A stretch of DNA of 34,598 bases from a virus. Its lineage: Duplodnaviria; Heunggongvirae; Uroviricota; Caudoviricetes. Below are positions 18,579 through 26,777 of this stretch, piece after piece. Location: the IMG/VR virus record IMGVR_UViG_2541047807_000005, one strand, 5' to 3'. The notes under the pieces were generated by a model, which had not been told where the DNA came from, made no database searches, and saw nothing but the letters and a program-made list of their open reading frames with translations. The position numbers and the translations under genes were made by a program. The stretch's first letter is position 1. Every line of letters starts with the position of its first letter.

Positions 18579-19316
18579 TCATTCATTGTCAAATAATTTT
18601 TGCTCTTTCAATATTTGTGTCGAAAAATTATTGCTTATTAATTTTACAAGCTTGCCGCACAAATTAAATGAATATCTAAAATAATCTAAGTCAGGGATGA
18701 GGTATTCTTTTTCTTCAGAGGATATTCCTGCCTCTAATAATTTTTTTTCATATCTTTGGTCCTTCACCCAATTATTATGGACTCCTGTGTCTCGTCTTGC
18801 TTTAATTTCAATGTATTGTTTTAAGAGATGTTCTATTTTCTTTTTGTCTAAGCATAAGAGTTTGCATAATTTATTGATGTATTCTTTGGGTGATCCAAAT
18901 GTGAGACTCGCGACTCCTTCGTTGACTAGATAGTCAAAAAGTTCATCTTCAGATAATGACTTAAACACCCCATAATCACACTTAATTTTATTTAGTTTTT
19001 CTGGATTGATCCTGAAGGTCAACTTCATGATTTCAATAATGTAATCTTCAAATGCTGAAACAAGCGAACTAAAGCACAATGATGGCATATGTTTTGTTAT
19101 TAAATCATGCCGTATTCCTTTATCTGAGATTTCAGGTGAATGTTTTTCCAGAAAGCATTCAAGATTTGTATAAGCCTCATAAAGCTGAGGGTTAGTTTCC
19201 TCATTGGCGTGAGAGATGGCAATGTTTTGAAATATAATTGTTCTGAATAAAATATCAGCTTTAATAAAATATGATGATGTGATTTTATCCAGGAAGAGAT
19301 AATTATCGGAGTGCAT
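18579..19316 (-). CDS. AT-rich moron protein (245 aa) with R-x4-H HEPN-like motif; candidate abortive-infection/toxin RNase
   Basis: ORF opposite to the late operon between S and V; GAGGAA RBS; motif ARRDTGVH at residues 174-180 (coords ~18777-18797); strongly AT-rich. Confidence 0.6.
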   Translation of the reverse strand: MHSDNYLFLDKITSSYFIKADILFRTIIFQNIAISHANEETNPQLYEAYTNLECFLEKHSPEISDKGIRHDLITKHMPSLCFSSLVSAFEDYIIEIMKLTFRINPEKLNKIKCDYGVFKSLSEDELFDYLVNEGVASLTFGSPKEYINKLCKLLCLDKKKIEHLLKQYIEIKARRDTGVHNNWVKDQRYEKKLLEAGISSEEKEYLIPDLDYFRYSFNLCGKLVKLISNNFSTQILKEQKLFDNE

Positions 19317-19343
19317 ATCATTTCCTCAAGGTAATGCGTCTAT

Positions 19344-19361
19344 TGTATCAGGCTTTATACA
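19344..19361. promoter_or_regulatory. Late-promoter activator dyad TGT-N12-ACA upstream of V
   Basis: TGTATCAGGCTTTATACA, perfect TGT-N12-ACA, ~50-60 bp upstream of candidate V starts. Confidence 0.55.
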
Positions 19362-19397
19362 TGAATGGATTGTGGATGAATATAATCATTTTCGTCA

Positions 19398-19988
19398 ATG
19401 ATACAGGCCATGAACGCACAATTAACCGAAATCATGCGCCTTATCACCAACCTGATCCGCACAGGTGTAGTCACCGAAGTGGACCGGGAAAACTGGCTTT
19501 GCCGGGTGAAAACGGGCGACCTTGAAACCAACTGGATTAGCTGGCTGACGCTGCGTGCCGGGAATGCCCGCACATGGTGGCGACCATCGGAAGGTGAGCA
19601 GGTGGTGCTGCTGAGTCTGGGAGGCAATCTGGAAACCGCCTTTGCGTTGCCCGCTGTCTATTCGAATCAGTTCGCTCCACCGTCGACGTCGGCGGACGCT
19701 TGCGTGACAGAGCATCCTGACGGCGGCTGGTTTGAATATGAACCCGCCACCGGGCGCTGGTATGTCAGGGGCATCAAATCAATGGTCATTGAGGCCGCTG
19801 ACAACATCACCATGAAAACCAGTGAGTTTGTACTGGAGGCTGACCGCACGAGCATTAACAGCGAAGTGGTGATCAATGGTGGCGTTACCCAGGGCGGCGG
19901 AGCGATGAGTTCTAACGGGATCGTGGTTGATGCGCATCAGCATACTGGCGTCCTGAAAGGCGGCGATACAACCGGAGGCCCGGTATGA
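19398..19988 (+). CDS. V: Baseplate spike/assembly protein gpV (alternative start ATG 19410)
   Basis: N-terminus aligns with P2 gpV (LIRTGVVTEVD...CRVKTG); synteny. Confidence 0.85.
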   Translation: MIQAMNAQLTEIMRLITNLIRTGVVTEVDRENWLCRVKTGDLETNWISWLTLRAGNARTWWRPSEGEQVVLLSLGGNLETAFALPAVYSNQFAPPSTSADACVTEHPDGGWFEYEPATGRWYVRGIKSMVIEAADNITMKTSEFVLEADRTSINSEVVINGGVTQGGGAMSSNGIVVDAHQHTGVLKGGDTTGGPV

Positions 19989-20266
19989 CGCTTTATAGCG
20001 GGATGAACAATACCAGCGGCAAAGTCATTACTGATATTGACCATCTGCGCCAGTCGGTGCGGGACATTCTGCTGACACCGCAGGGTAGCCGTATTGCCCG
20101 TCGTGAATATGGTTCCCTGCTGTCGGCACTGATAGACCAGCCACAAAATCCAGCATTACGCCTGCAGGTCATGTCGGCAGTGTATGTGGCGCTGAGCGGG
20201 CAGCGTAATAACGGTGTGCCTGTTTCCCTTTCCGTATCAACAGGAGCAGAGAATGGCAGTGATTGA
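19985..20266 (+). CDS. W: Baseplate protein gpW (lysozyme-like fold family)
   Basis: N-terminal region resembles P2 gpW (DIDHLRQSVRDILLTPQGSRIARREYGSLL); shorter than P2 gpW. Confidence 0.75.
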   Translation: MTLYSGMNNTSGKVITDIDHLRQSVRDILLTPQGSRIARREYGSLLSALIDQPQNPALRLQVMSAVYVALSGQRNNGVPVSLSVSTGAENGSD

Positions 20267-21161
20267 CCTTTCGCAGTTGCCTGCGCCGCAGATTGTGGAT
20301 GTGCCGGACTTTGAGACGCTGCTTGCCGAACGCAAGGCCGAATTTGTTGCGCTTCATCCGAAAGATGAGCAGGAAGCAGTGATCCGCACGCTGGAGCTGG
20401 AATCTGAACCCGTCACTAAATTGTTGCAGGAGAACGCTTACCGTGAGTTGCTTCTGCGCCAGCGCATTAACGAAGCCGCGCAGGCGGTGATGGTGGCTTA
20501 CGCGATGGGCGGCGATCTTGACCAGCTCGCTGCCAACTACAACGTGAAACGCCTGACGGTGACGACTGCTGATAATGATGCTGTGCCGCCCGTTGCAGCT
20601 GTGATGGAAAGCGATGAAGCGTTACGCCTGCGTGTGCCTGCAGCCTTTGAAGGGCTTTCTGTTGCGGGGCCAACTGCAGCTTATGAATTTCATGCCCGAA
20701 GCGCCGACGGCCGGGTGGCGGATGCCAGTGCAACCAGCCCGGCACCTGCAGAGGTGGTGCTGACTGTCCTTAGCCGCGAAGGCGATGGAACTGCAGAAAA
20801 AGACCTGCTGGACGTGGTGGAAAAAGCTCTGAACAGTGAGAACGTCCGCCCGGTGGCTGACCGTCTTACGGTTCGCAGCGCAGAAATCATCCCGTATCGC
20901 GTGGAAGCCACCATTTTTCTCTATCCGGGACCGGAAGCAGAGCCGGTAATGGCAGCGGCAAAAGCCAGCCTGCAGAAGTACATTGCCAGCCAGACGAGGC
21001 TTGGTCGGGATATTCGCCGTAGCGCCATCTTTGCTGCTCTGCATGTTGAGGGTGTTCAACGTGTGGAACTGGCTTCTCCGCTGGCGGATGTGGTCCTGAA
21101 CAAAATACAGGCGGCATCATGTACGCAGTGGAGCGTAACCAACGGAGGAACGGATGAATAG
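20253..21161 (+). CDS. J: Baseplate wedge protein gpJ
   Basis: ATG 20253 with AGGAG RBS; MAVIDLSQLPAPQIVD matches P2 gpJ start. Confidence 0.85.
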   Translation: MAVIDLSQLPAPQIVDVPDFETLLAERKAEFVALHPKDEQEAVIRTLELESEPVTKLLQENAYRELLLRQRINEAAQAVMVAYAMGGDLDQLAANYNVKRLTVTTADNDAVPPVAAVMESDEALRLRVPAAFEGLSVAGPTAAYEFHARSADGRVADASATSPAPAEVVLTVLSREGDGTAEKDLLDVVEKALNSENVRPVADRLTVRSAEIIPYRVEATIFLYPGPEAEPVMAAAKASLQKYIASQTRLGRDIRRSAIFAALHVEGVQRVELASPLADVVLNKIQAASCTQWSVTNGGTDE

Positions 21162-21759
21162 TCTGCTGCCACCGGGTTCAACTTCACTGGAGCGCCGACT
21201 GGCGCAAACCTGTAGCGGGATTTCTGATTTGCAGGTGCCGCTGCGTGACTTGTGGAATCCGGCTACCTGTCCGGTCAGCTTCCTGCCTTATCTCGCCTGG
21301 GCGTTCTCTGTGGATCGCTGGGACGAGGGCTGGACAGAAAGCGTCAAACGCCAGGTAGTGAAGGATGCTTTTTATATTCATCAGCATAAAGGAACCACCA
21401 GTGCCGTGCGGCGGGTGGTGGAACCGTTCGGATTCCTGATCTGCATTATTGAGTGGTGGCAGACCGGAGAAACACCGGGCACGTTTCGCCTGGATATCGG
21501 CGTGCAGGACCAGGGCATCACTGAAGATACCTATCTGGAACTTGAGCGACTGATAAGCGATGCCAAACCATGTAGCCGCCACATGATCGGCATGTCCATC
21601 AATCTGCAGACCAGCGGCCCGCATTGGGTGGGAGCCGCCAGCTATCTTGGCGAAGAAATCACGATCTATCCGTATATCAACGAAACGATTATTTCCGGTG
21701 GCACCGCGCATGAAGGCGGGGCGGTCCATGTTATTGACACAATGAGAGTGAATCCATGA
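21154..21759 (+). CDS. I: Baseplate protein gpI
   Basis: 201 aa, synteny, overlaps J end and H start. Confidence 0.85.
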   Translation: MNSLLPPGSTSLERRLAQTCSGISDLQVPLRDLWNPATCPVSFLPYLAWAFSVDRWDEGWTESVKRQVVKDAFYIHQHKGTTSAVRRVVEPFGFLICIIEWWQTGETPGTFRLDIGVQDQGITEDTYLELERLISDAKPCSRHMIGMSINLQTSGPHWVGAASYLGEEITIYPYINETIISGGTAHEGGAVHVIDTMRVNP

Positions 21760-23165
21760 GCACAAAATTTTATACCCTGCTGACGGATATTGGCGCGGCG
21801 AAACTTGCCAGCGCCGCCGCGCTCGGTGTGCCGCTAAAAATTACCCATATGGCGGTGGGCGATGGCGGCGGAGTATTGCCAACGCCGGACGCAAAGCAGA
21901 CGGCACTGGTAAATGAGAAACGCCGGGCTGCGCTGAATATGCTTTATATCGACCTGCAGAACAGCAGCCAGATTATTGCTGAACAGGTGATCCCTGAAAA
22001 CGAGGGCGGTTGGTGGATACGTGAAGTGGGCCTGTTTGATGAGTCAGGGGCATTGATTGCCGTGGGCAACTGCCCGGAAAGCTATAAGCCGCAACTGGCT
22101 GAAGGCAGCGGGCGCACCCAGACCGTGCGTATGGTGTTGATTACCAGCAGCACGGACAATATCACCCTGAAAATCGACCCTGCCGTAGTGCTGGCAACCC
22201 GCAAGTATGTGGATGACAAGGCACTGGAGCTGAAGGTGTACGTGGATGACCAGCTGGCAAAACACCTTGCCGCACCGGACCCGCATTCACAATATGCACA
22301 GAAAGAAAGTCCGACGTTTACCGGGACACCAAAAGCGCCAACGCCTGCGGCAGGCAATAACACCACGCAGGTTGCGACCACTGCGTTTGTTCAGGCGGCA
22401 CTGACGGCTCTTATTAATGGTGCGCCAGCCACGCTGGACACACTGAAAGAAATAGCCGCAGCCATTAACAATGACCCGAAATTCAGTACCACCATTAATG
22501 ATGCGCTGGCACTCAAAGCGCCGCTGTCGAGTCCTGCACTTACCGGGACGCCGACAGCCCCCACGGCGGCACAGTCGGTCAACAATACACAGATTGCCAC
22601 CACGGCTTTTGTGAAATCGGCGATTGCGGCAATGGTGGGTTCTGCACCTGCTGCACTGGATACACTGAACGAACTGGCGGCGGCGCTGGGAAATGCCCCG
22701 AACTTTGCCACGACAATGTTGAATGCTCTGTCAGGTAAACAACCGCTGGACAATACGCTGACTAATTTGAGTGGAAAGGATGTAGCAGGTCTTCTCACAT
22801 ACCTTGGTTTGGGAGAAGCGGCTAAAAGGAATGTAGGTATAGGGGCGAATCAGATACCTGATATGAGCCTGTTCGCGTCAATTAATACCGTAACGGCTGC
22901 TGCGCAAAAATTTCCGTCTGGATTAATTTTACAGTGCGGTCAGTTGAATGGTGCCCCGAATGTATCTTCAACATACGGGATGAGGTTTCCGATGACGTTC
23001 TCAAGAGTCATTGCTGTCGTAGTTACATTGAACGTTACTGGCGCGGCAGGGCAGCCGACTGTATCGGCGACAAGTGTCCAGAACACTGGATTTAATATTA
23101 CGGTGTCGCCCGGTTCAGGATATGGTTCATCTGCTGATGCGTATTACATTGCAATGGGATATTAA
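21756..23165 (+). CDS. H: Tail fibre protein gpH (conserved N-terminal part, AT-rich variable C-terminal part from ~22800)
   Basis: 469 aa; Ala/Thr-rich repeats; composition shift at the candidate crossover site. Confidence 0.85.
   Translation: MSTKFYTLLTDIGAAKLASAAALGVPLKITHMAVGDGGGVLPTPDAKQTALVNEKRRAALNMLYIDLQNSSQIIAEQVIPENEGGWWIREVGLFDESGALIAVGNCPESYKPQLAEGSGRTQTVRMVLITSSTDNITLKIDPAVVLATRKYVDDKALELKVYVDDQLAKHLAAPDPHSQYAQKESPTFTGTPKAPTPAAGNNTTQVATTAFVQAALTALINGAPATLDTLKEIAAAINNDPKFSTTINDALALKAPLSSPALTGTPTAPTAAQSVNNTQIATTAFVKSAIAAMVGSAPAALDTLNELAAALGNAPNFATTMLNALSGKQPLDNTLTNLSGKDVAGLLTYLGLGEAAKRNVGIGANQIPDMSLFASINTVTAAAQKFPSGLILQCGQLNGAPNVSSTYGMRFPMTFSRVIAVVVTLNVTGAAGQPTVSATSVQNTGFNITVSPGSGYGSSADAYYIAMGY
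22792..22817. other. Candidate Gin/Hin/Cin-type inversion crossover site TTCTCACATACCTTGGTTTGGGAGAA inside gene H
   Basis: 26-bp imperfect palindrome with ACC..GGTTT core resembling hix/gix/cix sites, at the constant/variable junction of the tail fibre gene. Confidence 0.45.
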
Positions 23166-23169
23166 CGAA

Positions 23170-23589
23170 ATGTCATATTTTTATTCTGCATCGACAAACG
23201 GATTTTATTCGACTGAATTTCACGGCACCAATATTCCTGATGATGCAGTGGAAATCTCGGAATCAGAGTGGAAAACACTGATTAATTCACAGAGTGTAAC
23301 AAAAATGATTACCTGTGGTGAGAACGGTCACCCTGTCATTGTTGACCGTCCTTCTCCAACACCAGAACAATTAGCCTTAATAAATAATGAAAAGAAATCT
23401 GCACTGATAGCAGAGGCAACGAATGTAATAGCGCCGCTTCAGGATGCGGTTGATTTAGATATGGCAACAGATGATGAAACGAAACTGTTACTGGCATGGA
23501 AAAAATATCGCGTGCTATTGATGCGTGTTAATACTTCAACAGCACTCGATATTGAATGGCCTACGTCTCCGGCAGTTCAGGCCCGATGA
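23170..23589 (+). CDS. G: Tail fibre assembly protein gpG (Tfa)
   Basis: ATG 23170 just after H stop; N-terminus [17 protein letters not shown] typical of Tfa chaperones. Confidence 0.75.
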   Translation: MSYFYSASTNGFYSTEFHGTNIPDDAVEISESEWKTLINSQSVTKMITCGENGHPVIVDRPSPTPEQLALINNEKKSALIAEATNVIAPLQDAVDLDMATDDETKLLLAWKKYRVLLMRVNTSTALDIEWPTSPAVQAR

Positions 23590-24154
23590 CATCCGGCGCG
23601 GTGCTGGTATCTGTTGCCGTCACCGCATCAATGTAATCCAGCACAGCGTTAAGCCGGGTGGTTTCTGTTTGCGACAGTTTTCGCCCGGTCTGCAATTTCA
23701 ACTGAATCAGACTGATGGAAGCCATAGCAGCATCAATCAGTGACTGGCGCTGTACTTCTGCCGTTTCTACTGCGGCACCGTGTTGTGCCTCAGTATCTGT
23801 CACCCATTTCTCACCATCCCATTTATCGTATGGCGTTAACGGTGAAAGCGTGACATAACCGTCTTTGATGGCACCGATATAATCCACAGTAATAGCTGCG
23901 CCATTTTCTGTTGAGTAAACAGTCTCATTGCGATGGTCTTCTTCATGGCTCCATCCCTTGCCCGTAAATACTGCCACTTTCCCCGGAATGTTTTCGCCCG
24001 GGGCAATACCAGTGGAACAGGCGGGCATACTTACACCAGTATTAATATATTCATCAGAGCAGCCCATATACTCAGATGTTTCAGCATCATAATAAAAACA
24101 ACGCATATCGCCCGGCACTGTAGCCAGCCCATTTTCATCAAAAACAGGTTTCAT
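23561..24154 (-). CDS. Alternative tail fibre assembly protein (inverted-orientation Tfa, U-prime-like), orphan
   Basis: Tfa-like N-terminus ([29 protein letters not shown]); convergent with G, 3-prime ends overlap; no cognate alternative fibre C-terminus present. Confidence 0.7.
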   Translation of the reverse strand: MKPVFDENGLATVPGDMRCFYYDAETSEYMGCSDEYINTGVSMPACSTGIAPGENIPGKVAVFTGKGWSHEEDHRNETVYSTENGAAITVDYIGAIKDGYVTLSPLTPYDKWDGEKWVTDTEAQHGAAVETAEVQRQSLIDAAMASISLIQLKLQTGRKLSQTETTRLNAVLDYIDAVTATDTSTAPDVIGPELPET

Positions 24155-24179
24155 TATTTAGCCCTCACCAGAAAGTTAA

Positions 24180-24437
24180 ATGCAATATTTTTTTTATGTC
24201 ATGGGTGCTCTGGCTGAAATGGAACGCGAACTGATAGTTGAACGCACCAGGGCAGGGCTGGCTGCAGCTCGTGCCAAAGGCAGAGTAGGTGGACGCCGTA
24301 CTAAGTTGACCACCGAACAGTGGGCACAGATTGGACGTTTACTCGAGGCCGGAGAATCAAGACAACGTATTGCACTGATTTTTGATGTGGGCGTTTCTAC
24401 CATTTATAGAAAATTTCCGGCGAATAAGAGCAATTAA
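24180..24437 (+). pseudogene. Truncated serine DNA invertase (Gin/Hin/Pin family), C-terminal ~85 aa only
   Basis: FFYVMGALAEMERELIVERTRAGLAAARAKGRVGGR... matches the C-terminal half of Gin; N-terminal catalytic domain (~100 aa incl. active-site Ser) absent. Confidence 0.8.
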
Positions 24438-24494
24438 TCGCTCTGAATCAGCATTATTTTGATTATCCCTGCAAGTAGACAAATACCCTCATTT

Positions 24495-24512
24495 TGTATG
24501 AATAACTGTACA
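24495..24512. promoter_or_regulatory. Late-promoter activator dyad TGT-N12-ACA upstream of FI
   Basis: TGTATGAATAACTGTACA centred ~85 bp upstream of FI start codon. Confidence 0.55.
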
Positions 24513-24588
24513 ACTACACTTAGCTGTTTGTCAGGCACAATCACTTCAACATAGGGCGAAGCCTAATCCAATCAGGAGGTTCGCCACT

Positions 24589-25761
24589 ATGGCTCAGGAT
24601 TACCACCACGGGGTGCGCGTTGTTGAAGTCAACGAAGGCACCCGATCCATTACCACGGAGAGCACCGCCATCGTGGGCATGGTCTGCACGGGCGATGATG
24701 CCGATGCAAAAATGTTTCCTCTTAATAAACCCGTACTGATCACTGATGTGCTGACTGCCAGCGGTAAAGCGGGTGAGTCCGGCACGCTGGCCCGTTCGCT
24801 GGATGCCATCGCTGACCAGGCAAAACCAGTGACCGTTGTTGTGCGTGTGCCGCAGGGTGAAACGGAAGAAGAAACCACGACCAATATCATCGGCGCAGTG
24901 ACTGCTGAAGGTAAAAAAACAGGCATGAAAGCCCTGTTATCTGCCCAGACACAGCTCGGCGTTAAACCGCGCATTCTCGGCGTGCCAGGTCACGATAACA
25001 AAGCCGTTGCTACTGAGTTGCTGAGCGTGGCGCAAAGCCTGCGTGGGTTTGCCTACCTGTCAGCGTATGGCTGCAAGACGGTACAGGAGGCGATCACTTA
25101 CCGTGAAAACTTCAGCCAGCGCGAAGGAATGCTGATCTGGCCCGACTTTACTGGCTGGGACACGGTGCTGAATGCCGAAGCAACGGCATATGCCACCGCT
25201 CGTGCGCTTGGTCTGCGTGCCAAAATTGATGAGCAGACCGGGTGGCACAAAAGCCTGTCCAACGTGGGCGTGAACGGTGTCACCGGAATTTCTGCAGATG
25301 TGTTCTGGGATCTGCAGGACCCGGCAACCGATGCAGGTCTGCTTAACCAGAACGATATCACCACGCTTATCCGCAAAGACGGTTTCCGCTTCTGGGGTTC
25401 CCGCTGTCTGGGCGATGATCCGCTCTTTGCCTTCGAAAACTACACCCGCACGGCGCAGGTGCTGATGGACACGATGGCAGAAGCACACATGTGGGCGGTG
25501 GATAAACCGCTTAACCCGTCGCTGGCCCGCGACATTATTGAAGGTATCCGCGCCAAAATGCGCAGCCTGGTCAGTCAGGGCTATCTCATTGGTGGTGATT
25601 GCTGGCTGGATGAGTCGGTGAACGACAAAGACACGCTGAAAGCCGGAAAACTCACCATCGACTATGACTACACGCCAGTGCCGCCACTTGAAAATCTGAT
25701 GCTGCGCCAGCGCATCACCGATCAGTACCTGGTGAATTTCGCCAGCCAGGTCAGCGCGTAA
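24589..25761 (+). CDS. FI: Tail sheath protein gpFI
   Basis: 390 aa, AGGAGG RBS, synteny and size. Confidence 0.9.
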   Translation: MAQDYHHGVRVVEVNEGTRSITTESTAIVGMVCTGDDADAKMFPLNKPVLITDVLTASGKAGESGTLARSLDAIADQAKPVTVVVRVPQGETEEETTTNIIGAVTAEGKKTGMKALLSAQTQLGVKPRILGVPGHDNKAVATELLSVAQSLRGFAYLSAYGCKTVQEAITYRENFSQREGMLIWPDFTGWDTVLNAEATAYATARALGLRAKIDEQTGWHKSLSNVGVNGVTGISADVFWDLQDPATDAGLLNQNDITTLIRKDGFRFWGSRCLGDDPLFAFENYTRTAQVLMDTMAEAHMWAVDKPLNPSLARDIIEGIRAKMRSLVSQGYLIGGDCWLDESVNDKDTLKAGKLTIDYDYTPVPPLENLMLRQRITDQYLVNFASQVSA

Positions 25762-25770
25762 GGGGACAAC

Positions 25771-26286
25771 ATGGCTTTACCACGCAAATTAAAACACCTG
25801 AACCTGTTTAACGACGGGAACAACTGGCAGGGGATCGTTGAGTCGCTGACGCTGCCGAAATTCACCCGCAAATATGAGAAGTATCGCGGCGGCGGAATGC
25901 CGGGTGCAGTGGATGTGGATCTGGGGCTTGATGACAGTGCTCTGGACACAGAATTTTCCATTGGTGGTACTGAACTGCTGCTGTTTAAGCAGATGGGCAA
26001 AGCCACTGTGGATGGCATCCAGCTGCGCTTTACCGGCTCTATCCAGCGTGACGATACCGGGGAAGTGCAGGCTGTGGAGCTTGTGGTGCGTGGACGTCAC
26101 AAAGAAGTGGATTCCGGCGAGTGGAAGACGGGCGAAAGCAACACCACCAAAGTGACCAGTACCAACAGCTACGCGAAGCTGACCATCAATGGTGAGGTGC
26201 TCTATGAAGTGGACCTTATCAACATGGTGGAAATTGTGGATGGTGTGGACCTGATGGAAGCACACCGCAACGCACTCGGCCTCTGA
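25771..26286 (+). CDS. FII: Tail tube protein gpFII
   Basis: 171 aa, synteny and size. Confidence 0.9.
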   Translation: MALPRKLKHLNLFNDGNNWQGIVESLTLPKFTRKYEKYRGGGMPGAVDVDLGLDDSALDTEFSIGGTELLLFKQMGKATVDGIQLRFTGSIQRDDTGEVQAVELVVRGRHKEVDSGEWKTGESNTTKVTSTNSYAKLTINGEVLYEVDLINMVEIVDGVDLMEAHRNALGL

Positions 26287-26340
26287 TCTATCTGAACGGC
26301 GAGGAATACCGCGCCAGAAACCAATTTAAAGGACAGCAAA

Positions 26341-26643
26341 ATGAGCGATAAGCAGACTGAAAAGACCATTCAACTGGATACCCCCATCAAGCGCGGTAAA
26401 ACGGAAATCACCGAAATTGTGCTGCGTAAACCGCAGTCCGGTGCGCTGCGCGGTACACGCCTGCAGGCCATTATGGATATGGATGTGAACGCGATGATGA
26501 CCGTGATCCCCCGCATCTCCAGTCCGGCACTGACTGCACAGGAAATTGCAGAGATGGACCCGGCAGATCTCACTGCCATGTCGGTTGAGGTTGTCACTTT
26601 TTTGTTGAAGAAGTCGGTGCTTGCCGGTTTACCGACAGCCTGA
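26341..26643 (+). CDS. E: Tail assembly chaperone gpE
   Basis: 100 aa ORF before tape measure gene. Confidence 0.8.
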   Translation: MSDKQTEKTIQLDTPIKRGKTEITEIVLRKPQSGALRGTRLQAIMDMDVNAMMTVIPRISSPALTAQEIAEMDPADLTAMSVEVVTFLLKKSVLAGLPTA

Positions 26644-26777
26644 CGGTTGACGATCTGGTGGCTGATATCGCCACCATCTTTCACTGGCCGCCATCCGTTA
26701 CTGACGTTATGCCGCTGACCGAAGTGCTGGAATGGCGGTATAAAGCGATTCAGAGAAGCGGGGCCAACGATGAGTGA
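26341..26777 (+). CDS. gpE+E-prime, predicted -1 programmed frameshift product (slip at 26598-26604)
   Basis: Slippery heptamer T TTT TTG in the E frame; -1 frame stays open to TGA at 26775-26777, overlapping T start. Confidence 0.6.
26598..26604 (+). promoter_or_regulatory. Slippery heptamer TTTTTTG for -1 ribosomal frameshift
   Basis: X XXY YYZ-type sequence in frame near 3-prime end of E, as in P2 E/E+E-prime and lambda G/GT. Confidence 0.6.

Noticed and set aside
18562-18600. Weak hairpin TTGAC...GTCAA with T run after gene S
   Set aside because: Only a 5-bp AT-containing stem and it overlaps the 3-prime coding end of the minus-strand moron; not convincing as a terminator.
19985-20266. 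Possible truncation or frameshift of baseplate gene W (93 aa versus ~115 aa in P2)
   Set aside because: Length differences in W are plausible among P2-like phages and the ORF ends cleanly overlapping the J start; without an alignment I cannot claim a lesion.
24141-24166. TCATCAAAAACAGGTTTCAT resembling a hix/gix half-site near the truncated invertase
   Set aside because: Core is 2 bp short of a real crossover site and the sequence is simply the coding start of the inverted Tfa gene (ATGAAACCTGTTTTTGATGAA on the minus strand).
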